Positions 56,873 to 64,000 of a stretch of 64,000 nt of DNA are shown here, in pieces (the stretch's first letter is position 1; every line of letters begins with the position of its first letter). Under the pieces are notes generated by a model. That model had not been told where the DNA came from, ran no database searches, and saw nothing but the letters and a program-made list of their open reading frames with translations. The position numbers and the translations under genes were made by a program. Source of the stretch: Acidimicrobiales bacterium (GTDB taxonomy: Bacteria; Actinomycetota; Acidimicrobiia; Acidimicrobiales; RAAP-2); assembly GCA_036509795.1 (NCBI GenBank), contig DATCEX010000008.1, positions 12,441-76,440 on the forward strand, in the 5' to 3' direction.

Positions 56873-56929
56873 CGAACAGGTGTTTGATTTACTCGTTTAT
56901 CTGCTCTAGGCTACGAACAACTGTTCGTG
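56873..56929. promoter_or_regulatory. Two LexA (SOS) boxes upstream of lexA
   Basis: CGAACAGGTGTTTG (56873-56886, one mismatch) and CGAACAACTGTTCG (56914-56927), about 15 nt before the lexA SD. Confidence 0.7.
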
Positions 56930-56942
56930 TACGGAGGAACCA

Positions 56943-57566
56943 ATGGCCGAAGTTCTCACACCCATGAGACGCAAGATTCTCGAGTACATCGTGACGTGTC
57001 AACGCGAGCGAAACTTCCCGCCAACTATTCGCGAAATTGCCGCCCACGTCGGACTCAACGCTCCCGCCACGGTGGCCAATCACATTGAGGTACTCAAGAA
57101 GGCTGGCTATATCGAGAAGAACCCCAAACAGCCCAGAACCCTCACCGTGCGACTGGACATGGATGCACCCAAGAACGTGTCACCGGCTCATCAAATTCCC
57201 TTCGTGGGTGATGTCGCCGCAGGAACGGGCGTGCTGGCGGCAGAAATTGATCACGAGCTCATGTCGGTGCCCGAACAGTTCGCGGGTCGCGGCGAAAGTT
57301 TCGTACTGCAAGTCCGCGGAGACTCCATGATTGACGCGGGCATCCTCTCCGGAGATTTCCTCGTTGTACAGCGTCAACCGACCGCCAAAACCGGTGAGAT
57401 CGTGGTCGCCGGCATTCCAGGTGACGAGGCGACCGTGAAGCGGTACTTCCCGCAGGGCTCACACGTCGTGCTCAAGCCGGAAAATCCCAGCATGGAACCC
57501 ATGGAATTCAACGCCAATGACGTCGTCATCTTTGGTCGAGTGATTTCCGTCCTTCGTCACTACTAA
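56943..57566 (+). CDS. lexA: LexA repressor
   Basis: 207 aa with an N-terminal wHTH, the Ala-Gly cleavage site (VAAGTG), the Ser (RGDSM) and Lys (VKRY) dyad, and a GGAGG SD. Confidence 0.95.
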   Translation: MAEVLTPMRRKILEYIVTCQRERNFPPTIREIAAHVGLNAPATVANHIEVLKKAGYIEKNPKQPRTLTVRLDMDAPKNVSPAHQIPFVGDVAAGTGVLAAEIDHELMSVPEQFAGRGESFVLQVRGDSMIDAGILSGDFLVVQRQPTAKTGEIVVAGIPGDEATVKRYFPQGSHVVLKPENPSMEPMEFNANDVVIFGRVISVLRHY

Positions 57567-57579
57567 AGCCAGTACCTTC

Positions 57580-58644
57580 TTAGGGGTGTGCGGTAGGGCT
57601 CAACCAGTCGCGCATCACGCTCGCAAACGCGTCAATCTCTGTCAACGTCACGAGTTCATCACTGTGGTGTGCGAGAACCGGATCACCCGCCCCAAAGTTG
57701 GTCGCGGGAATTCCGAGTTCGTGGAAGGTTGCGACGTCGGTCCACCCAACCTTCGCGCGCGGCGGCGTCGCCGACAGTTCCACCAGGCGCGCGAGGTGCG
57801 CGTTGTCCAGGACTGGGCGCGCAGACGGCGACCAATCGAGGACGTCGAGCTGATCCTCTTCGCCTAGTAATTCGCCCAAGTACGAACGTAGCCAAGCGAC
57901 GGCCTCGTCACGACGACGGTCGGGCGCCACCCGGTGATTCAACACGCAAGTCGCCGCGTCGGGCACCACATTGGGGGCCACTCCCCCCTCGACGCTAACG
58001 GCTTGAAGTTGCTCGGTGAACACCACGCCGTCAATCTCGACGTCACGCGGCTCATAGAGTGCGACGAAGCTCAACAGATCACCCATCCGGTGAATGGCGT
58101 TACGTCCCATGAACGGACGCGCCGTGTGTGCGCGCGTACCGCGCAGCGACACCCGCACTCGCAGCGTGCCCTGACAGCCCGCCTCGACTCGCCCACCGGT
58201 CGGTTCTGCGAGCACAGCGGCGTCAGCCACTAAGAGGTCGGGACGTAATTCCCCTATCTCGAGGAGCCCTGACTCAGTGCGCGCTATCTCTTCTCGAGCG
58301 TAGAACACCCAGGTCACCTCGACGGCGCGCGGCGACGGATCCAGGGCCAAGTCCAACATCACGGCCACCGACGCCTTCATGTCGCAGGAGCCAAGTCCAT
58401 GCAGGACCTCACCCTCGATGCGAGCCAGTGAGACGTCGCCGGGAACCGTATCGAGGTGTCCGGCGACCAGGAGGCGCGTGCCGTGGTGGCCAGTTGTACG
58501 CGCGACAATGTTGTCACCAATTCGCTCGACGTCGAGGGCCGGATTGTTGACGAGTCGTTCGTAGACGAATGCAGCCAACTCCCCCTCGTTGCGACTCACG
58601 GAGTTGATCGCTACGAGGGCGAGAACGTCATTGAGCGAGATCAC
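57580..58644 (-). CDS. dapE: Succinyl-diaminopimelate desuccinylase (M20)
   Basis: 354 aa with the M20 metal motifs (AGHLDTV, GSCDMK) and dap context. Confidence 0.75.
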   Translation of the reverse strand: MISLNDVLALVAINSVSRNEGELAAFVYERLVNNPALDVERIGDNIVARTTGHHGTRLLVAGHLDTVPGDVSLARIEGEVLHGLGSCDMKASVAVMLDLALDPSPRAVEVTWVFYAREEIARTESGLLEIGELRPDLLVADAAVLAEPTGGRVEAGCQGTLRVRVSLRGTRAHTARPFMGRNAIHRMGDLLSFVALYEPRDVEIDGVVFTEQLQAVSVEGGVAPNVVPDAATCVLNHRVAPDRRRDEAVAWLRSYLGELLGEEDQLDVLDWSPSARPVLDNAHLARLVELSATPPRAKVGWTDVATFHELGIPATNFGAGDPVLAHHSDELVTLTEIDAFASVMRDWLSPTAHP

Positions 58645-59468
58645 GTCGAAATACCGTTCTCACGCAGAATTTCGTTCAGCGCTACTTTCGAGTGACGCTC
58701 GTCTTCGTTCAGCCGTTTGATGATCAAAACGCACGGTAGAAAGAACTCGCCCCCGGGGTACTCGCGGCGACGCTGGGCCGACACCGCGACGCTGTAATCG
58801 GGGACGTAACCTCTCGACACTTCCTCTCCGGTCTGTGCGTCGATGACCGGAATCGACGGATTGAGGATGGTGCCGGCGCCGAGCACCGCACCCTTTCCCA
58901 CCCGGGCACCCTCGACCACCATGCAGCGACTCCCAATAAAGGCTCCGTCTTCGATCACCACCGGGACGGCATTCGCCGGCTCAAGGACACCCCCGATTCC
59001 TACTCCTCCGGCCAAGTGCACGTTCGCGCCAATCTGCGCGCAGCTACCGACGGTGGCCCACGTGTCGACCATCGAGCCGGAGCCCACCCACGCACCGATG
59101 TTGACGTAACTCGGCATCAAGATGACCCCGGGGCTCAAAAAACTCCCTCGACGCGCGGAGGCTCCGGGAACCACACGCACCCCACGACGGGCGTAGTCGG
59201 TCTTGAGGTCGAGTTTGTCGTGGAATTCGAACGGTCCCACTTCACTGACCTCCATGGAGCGGAGACGAAAGAGGAGCAGGATGGCCTGTTTTACCCAGTC
59301 GTGCACGACCACCTCGTTGGCGTCGTTTACTTCGGCGACACGAATCTGACCGTCGTCCAGTTTGGCAATGACCAGTTCGACGTCGCGTCGCGCCTCGGTG
59401 TTCGCGGGGGTCATCTCCGCGAGGTGTCCGTACCAATGTCGAATGCGTGTCTCGAGGTCGCTCATCAC
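58641..59468 (-). CDS. dapD: Tetrahydrodipicolinate N-succinyltransferase
   Basis: 275 aa with left-handed beta-helix hexapeptide repeats and a 4-nt overlap with dapE. Confidence 0.75.
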   Translation of the reverse strand: MMSDLETRIRHWYGHLAEMTPANTEARRDVELVIAKLDDGQIRVAEVNDANEVVVHDWVKQAILLLFRLRSMEVSEVGPFEFHDKLDLKTDYARRGVRVVPGASARRGSFLSPGVILMPSYVNIGAWVGSGSMVDTWATVGSCAQIGANVHLAGGVGIGGVLEPANAVPVVIEDGAFIGSRCMVVEGARVGKGAVLGAGTILNPSIPVIDAQTGEEVSRGYVPDYSVAVSAQRRREYPGGEFFLPCVLIIKRLNEDERHSKVALNEILRENGIST

Positions 59469-59484
59469 CCAATCGTAGTTGGGG

Positions 59485-60606
59485 CTAGGCCGATTCTTGA
59501 AGTCGCGACGCGGCCAGTTCGAGGCGATCGTCAGGCTGCACCATGGCGATACGGACGTGACGAGACCCCGAGGGACCGTAAAGGTCGCCGGGGCTCACGA
59601 TGAGTCCCGCGACCTCGGCCAGCCACGCCGCCAAGGCCCAGCCGTCCATTCCCTCGCGCGCGCACCACAAGTAGAACGCACCGTCAGGAACGGGGCAGTT
59701 CACGCCCGCCTCGCGTAGAGCCGCTCCCAGGACACTCAGACGTCGCGAGTACACCTCGCGCTGCAGCTCGACGTGGACGTCATCGTCGTAGGCGAGCGCC
59801 ACCGCCGATTGCACGGGCGCGGGCACCATGAGGCCCGCGTGCTGACGCACGAGGCGAAGGTACGCGACGAGGTCCGGGTCACCGGCGTAGAAACCAGCCC
59901 GGGCGCCCGCGAGATTCGAACGCTTGGAGATCGAGTGGACGGCGAGTACGTTGTCGAGTCCGTGTTCGAGGATCGTGCGCGGACGACCCGTCCACGTGAA
60001 GTCGGCGTAGCACTCGTCACTCGCCACCACGACGTCGTGTTCGCGTCCCCACTGTGCGGCGCGCCCAAGGTCGTCGAGACGACCCGACGGATTCGAAGGT
60101 GAGTTGGACCAGAGCACGAGTGCTCGCTCGGCGTCAACGGGGTCAATCGCCGACACGTCCAGGGCGCCTTCACGCAGGGGTACTTCCACCGCACGTAGAC
60201 CCGCCAACGTAGCGCCCATGGCGTAGGTGGGATACGAGATCGCCGGATAGAGCACGGTGTCGCGGTCAGGTCGGCGAAGGTGAAGGTACGACGCCAGGGA
60301 CGCGACGAATTCTTTGGTACCCACGCAGGCGGCGAGTTGCGTCGGCGCAACGTCCACCGCGAAACGCCGAGTCAGCCAGCGCGCCGCGGCCTCACGATAC
60401 TGCGGTGTTCCGGCCGACGGCGGGTATCCGCGCACTCCAGTGGCCTTCGCCAGCTCGGCGATCGCGAAATCCGGCGGAGCGTCCACCGGCGTCCCAATAG
60501 AACAATCAATGGCGCCGCCGTCGTGACGCGCCGCGGCCAGTCGCAGCCCCTCCAAACGCTCGTAGGGGTACGGCGGTGGAGTGAAACTCACGACATGCTT
60601 CGCCAT
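59485..60606 (-). CDS. dapC: Succinyldiaminopimelate aminotransferase (class I PLP)
   Basis: 373 aa, actinobacterial DapC-like, with an SISKRSN PLP lysine motif. Confidence 0.7.
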   Translation of the reverse strand: MAKHVVSFTPPPYPYERLEGLRLAAARHDGGAIDCSIGTPVDAPPDFAIAELAKATGVRGYPPSAGTPQYREAAARWLTRRFAVDVAPTQLAACVGTKEFVASLASYLHLRRPDRDTVLYPAISYPTYAMGATLAGLRAVEVPLREGALDVSAIDPVDAERALVLWSNSPSNPSGRLDDLGRAAQWGREHDVVVASDECYADFTWTGRPRTILEHGLDNVLAVHSISKRSNLAGARAGFYAGDPDLVAYLRLVRQHAGLMVPAPVQSAVALAYDDDVHVELQREVYSRRLSVLGAALREAGVNCPVPDGAFYLWCAREGMDGWALAAWLAEVAGLIVSPGDLYGPSGSRHVRIAMVQPDDRLELAASRLQESA

Positions 60607-61880
60607 TGCGCGAAGCGCGCGACGCCGACTTCGTCCAGGACCACTCGTAACGTGACGAACTCGTCGTCCACCGAGGTGTCCACGACGTCGCCTTCACGGT
60701 GCGCCGCCGCCACTAGATCGCCCCGATCAATCGGCAGACGAAGGGTCACCACCCGGTCATTCGTACGCAGTCGCTCCCCCACGGTGGCGATCACGTCGTC
60801 GAGATTCTCGGTCGTCACCGCAGAAACCCACACGCTGCCCTCGTACAATTTCGCCAGATCCCGCGATCGCGAACCGGGCACGTCGGACTTATTGAACACC
60901 AATAACTCGGGGACGTGGTCGGCGCCGATCTCGCGTAATACTTCGCGCACCGCACCGATCTGCGATTCGGCGTCGTCACTGGCGCCGTCCACCACGTGCA
61001 CCAAGAGGTCCGCCAATTGCACGGACTTAAGCGTGCTCATGAACGCTTCCACCAATTCATGGGGCAAGTTGGAAATGAAGCCGACCGTGTCAGTGACCAG
61101 AATGGTCTCGCCACCGGGCAGCTGGCGTTGGCGAGTGCGCGGGTCGAGCGTCACGAAGAGTCGGTCCTCGGCCGCGACGTCGGCGTCGGTGAGCGCGTTG
61201 AGCATGGAGGACTTGCCGGCGTTGGTGTACCCGACCAGGGTGACTTCACGGTGACGCCCCCGGTCGCGACCCTGGCGCTGGACGTCGCGCGTGCGATCAA
61301 TCTGCTTGAGTTCTTGGCGAATGTGATGAATACGATTGACCAGGCGACGTCGATCGACTTCGAGTTGGGTCTCGCCCGGTCCGCGGGTGCCAATTCCGCC
61401 GGCCTGTTGCGATAACGATCCGCCCGCGCGGCGAAGACGGGGCAAGCGATACTGCAGCAGGGCCAGTTCGACCTGGGCCTTGCCTTCGGGGGTCCGCGCG
61501 TTCTGAGCGAAAATGTCCAGGATCACCGCCGTGCGATCAATGGCGGTGCGCCCCAGAATCTTCTCGAGATTGCGCTGCTGGGCCGGCGACAAGTTCTGTT
61601 CAAAGACCACGGTGTCGGAGTCGACGGCGAGGCAGATCTCCTTGAGTTCGTTGACTTTGCCCGAACCGAGAAACGTTGCCGGGTCCGGGGCGTCACGACG
61701 CTGGGCCACGCGAGCAACGACGTCGGCGCCCGCCGTATCCACGAGCAGGGCCAACTCGTCGAGCTGGTGGTCGAGCTCCTCGGAGGTCATTCCCGGAAAC
61801 TGGACGCCCACCAAGACGATCTTTTCGCGAAACGAGCGGTCGATCAGCGTGGTGGAGACGTTCGTCACCCCCCGAGCCAC
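60588..61880 (-). CDS. hflX: GTPase HflX
   Basis: 430 aa with the HflX N-domain and G1 GYTNAGKSS, G3 DTVGF and G4 NKSD. Confidence 0.9.
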   Translation of the reverse strand: MARGVTNVSTTLIDRSFREKIVLVGVQFPGMTSEELDHQLDELALLVDTAGADVVARVAQRRDAPDPATFLGSGKVNELKEICLAVDSDTVVFEQNLSPAQQRNLEKILGRTAIDRTAVILDIFAQNARTPEGKAQVELALLQYRLPRLRRAGGSLSQQAGGIGTRGPGETQLEVDRRRLVNRIHHIRQELKQIDRTRDVQRQGRDRGRHREVTLVGYTNAGKSSMLNALTDADVAAEDRLFVTLDPRTRQRQLPGGETILVTDTVGFISNLPHELVEAFMSTLKSVQLADLLVHVVDGASDDAESQIGAVREVLREIGADHVPELLVFNKSDVPGSRSRDLAKLYEGSVWVSAVTTENLDDVIATVGERLRTNDRVVTLRLPIDRGDLVAAAHREGDVVDTSVDDEFVTLRVVLDEVGVARFAQWRSMS

Positions 61881-62632
61881 TCCACGTTCGCGACGAATTT
61901 TACCGGACCCTCGAGACGCGCACCCCCGTCAGCCAGAGTGACGCGGAGCGCTCCACCGGGATTATCAACGGTGACGTCGGGGCCAGTGAGACCACGTTGA
62001 TGACACACCGCCGCCGTGGCCACCGATCCCGTGCCACACGCCATTGTCCAGCCCACACCGCGCTCAATCACTCGAATCGCGACGTGCGCCTCGTCAATGA
62101 TCTCAACGAATTCGACATTGGCGCCGCCGAGTTGGAACGCCAACTTGGCGGCCATCTCCTCACGGTTGACGTCGTCCCAGTCAGGATTGTCCACCACCAC
62201 CACGTGCGGGTTGCCGACGAAGGCGACGCCGAGGGCACCTTCGAGAGTGGTACCCAAGGTCACCGGTCCCATGTCGACACTGCCGACGCCACAATCGTCT
62301 CGCAAGTCCAGCGTCACCAGACGCTCACCGGCCAACGTGTTGACGCGCATCTCTCGGTCACTGCGGCCCGTCGCGCGACGCACCGCGGCCACGAGGCAGC
62401 GAATCCCGTTGCCCGACATCTCGGCAATCGTCCCGTCGGAGTTATAAAGCGTCATTGAGATCGACGGACCGACGGCGGCGACGAGCAAGCCATCGGCGCC
62501 CGCACCCACGTGGCGGTCACACACGGCGCGCGCGCGTTGCGCATTCCACCACGGAGTCGAACCCTGTTCGACGACGTCAACCAAGAAGTCGTTGCCCGCG
62601 CCCTGCCACTTTTGTAACGATCGAAGTGCCAT
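61865..62632 (-). CDS. dapF: Diaminopimelate epimerase
   Basis: Start at ATG 62632 (MALRSLQKWQGAGNDF). It has two catalytic Cys contexts (SGNGIRC, ACGTGS). Confidence 0.9.
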   Translation of the reverse strand: MALRSLQKWQGAGNDFLVDVVEQGSTPWWNAQRARAVCDRHVGAGADGLLVAAVGPSISMTLYNSDGTIAEMSGNGIRCLVAAVRRATGRSDREMRVNTLAGERLVTLDLRDDCGVGSVDMGPVTLGTTLEGALGVAFVGNPHVVVVDNPDWDDVNREEMAAKLAFQLGGANVEFVEIIDEAHVAIRVIERGVGWTMACGTGSVATAAVCHQRGLTGPDVTVDNPGGALRVTLADGGARLEGPVKFVANVEWLGG

Positions 62633-62636
62633 ATTC

Positions 62637-63566
62637 TTAGTCTCGCACGAACCCATCGGGACTTTTCAGAACTTCATCGATGCGTAAAGCCGCGTCGGAG
62701 GGGTCATCAAACCACTCCACGCGCGGATCGCGCTGGAACCACGAACGCTGTCGCCGGGCGAGTCGTCGACTCTGGGTCACCGCGTCTTCGACGCACTGTT
62801 CCAAAGCAACTCCTTCTTCGAGGTGACGAAGCAGTTCTCGGTATCCCACGGCCTGGCGGGCCGTGCGACTCATTCCGATGTCTTTCAGGTGTGCGACCTC
62901 CTCTAATAGTCCTTCATCCATCCAAGCCGCGAAACGTCTCCGGATTCGCACATCAAGAACATCAAATTCACAATTCAGCCCCACCTGCACCACTCGTGAG
63001 GGTCCGTAGTGGCGAAGTCCCACACCGTAAGAAGAAAAAGGTCGACCACTGCCCACCGTGACCTCGAGCGCGCGCACCACACGACGCGCGTTCGTGGGCT
63101 CCATCTTGGCCGCCGCGGCGGGGTCGAGTTGGGACAATTGCTCGTACAGACCCGCCGTATCGTGCGTACGGGCTTCCAACTCAGCGCGTACCTCGGGGTA
63201 TTGGCCCGGGATATCGAAGTTGTCGAGGACCGCGCGACCGTAGAGGCCAGTTCCCCCGACGTAGAGGACCGACCCGCCCAGGGCCCAGACCTGGTCGGCG
63301 GCGTCACGTGCCGCCTCTTGGAACTGTGAGACCGTGAACTCCTCGCACGGTTCGATGAGGTCCAACAAGTGATACGTCACCTCCTCACGTTGCGTGAGAG
63401 TGGCCTTGGCGGTACCGATATCCATGCCGCGATACACGGTCATCGAATCGACACTCAAGATCTCGACGTCGCCGCGACTGGCCAGGGCCACTTCGTGGGC
63501 GACGGCCGACTTGCCCGACGCGGTCGAGCCCACGAGGGCGACCGCCATGCCGCCATGATTCCTCAC
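62637..63566 (-). CDS. miaA: tRNA dimethylallyltransferase
   Basis: P-loop GSTASGKS and DSMTVYRGMDIGT. The GTG at 63566 overlaps the miaB stop; an alternative ATG lies at 63548. Confidence 0.9.
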   Translation of the reverse strand: MRNHGGMAVALVGSTASGKSAVAHEVALASRGDVEILSVDSMTVYRGMDIGTAKATLTQREEVTYHLLDLIEPCEEFTVSQFQEAARDAADQVWALGGSVLYVGGTGLYGRAVLDNFDIPGQYPEVRAELEARTHDTAGLYEQLSQLDPAAAAKMEPTNARRVVRALEVTVGSGRPFSSYGVGLRHYGPSRVVQVGLNCEFDVLDVRIRRRFAAWMDEGLLEEVAHLKDIGMSRTARQAVGYRELLRHLEEGVALEQCVEDAVTQSRRLARRQRSWFQRDPRVEWFDDPSDAALRIDEVLKSPDGFVRD

Positions 63567-64000
63567 GAGTGCGCGAGGGGCAGACGTACCTTGTGACGCG
63601 GCCCGCGTTCGAAGGACACCACGTCCCCGAGCAGGTGATAGGGCGCCCCGTGGGTGACGTCGACGTGCACGAGGGCACCGGGGCGAAGCGCTTGTTCGAT
63701 GGGCGCGAAGTGAATCAGTTTGCCCTGACGGGTACGACCCGAGAGCATTTGGTCGTTGCGCTTGGAGGGTCCCTCCACCAGCACTTCCTCACGACGGCCT
63801 TCGCGCGCCGCGTGGTGGCGTAACGCGGAGCGATCGAGCACCTCCTTGAGGCGGGTGAAGCGATCCGCGATGACGTCGGCGGATACGAAGTCGGCGGACA
63901 TGTCGGCGGCGCGAGTTCCCTCGCGTGGTGAGAAGATGAAGGTGTACGCCGAGTCGAAGTCGGCCTCGGCCACGACCGCCAGGGACTCCACAAAATCGGC
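63563..64000 (-). CDS. miaB: tRNA methylthiotransferase MiaB, C-terminal part (5' end outside window)
   Basis: It has the radical-SAM C-terminal region and a TRAM domain (GRREEVLVEGPSKRN...GRT..GKLIHF), and the frame is open to the window edge. Confidence 0.8.
   Translation of the reverse strand, partial: ADFVESLAVVAEADFDSAYTFIFSPREGTRAADMSADFVSADVIADRFTRLKEVLDRSALRHHAAREGRREEVLVEGPSKRNDQMLSGRTRQGKLIHFAPIEQALRPGALVHVDVTHGAPYHLLGDVVSFERGPRHKVRLPLAHS

Overview
This is a GC-rich, densely coding chromosomal window. Its gene content and synteny look like Actinomycetota: a furA-katG pair, mycothiol-type DinB/MDMPI and PIG-L enzymes, a LysM-nrdR / lexA SOS locus with GAAC-N4-GTTC boxes, succinylase-branch dap genes, and miaB-miaA-dapF-hflX. 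This taxon call is inference only. I support about 60 protein genes, 2 tRNAs (Val-GAC, Cys-GCA), several palindromic operator candidates and one large intercistronic hairpin. I recognised no rRNA, CRISPR array, transposase or integrase. Core content: trpG/trpE, a split isobutyryl-CoA-mutase-like pair, three large PAS/GAF/GGDEF/EAL sensor proteins, furA-katG, two ArsR-SRPBCC modules, cspA, a heterodimeric ABC exporter, a Grx-like/TrxR fusion, an L,D-transpeptidase, dinB, nrdR, livKHMGF, lexA, dapEDC, hflX, dapF, miaA and the 3' end of miaB. Most interesting observations: (1) An uncharacterised two-gene module, a small MoxR/AAA_5-type ATPase translationally coupled to an HExxH-metallopeptidase/VWA fusion protein. 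It lies in a ~7.5 kb block with the liv operon that splits the normally adjacent lexA / LysM-nrdR SOS divergon, and near-identical SOS boxes flank the block. (2) An unusual density of disrupted genes. Three conserved genes carry an in-frame TAG, and there are several -1 frameshifts in homopolymer runs plus a doubly truncated ABC-2 operon relic. This points to gene decay, homopolymer assembly error, or (less likely) amber read-through. (3) A 664-aa secreted protein built from five plus two near-identical tandem domain repeats, next to tRNA-Val. (4) A 20-codon upstream ORF with a strong SD whose stop overlaps the start of a secreted-protein gene. All functional calls come from motif recognition by eye, since no database search was possible.
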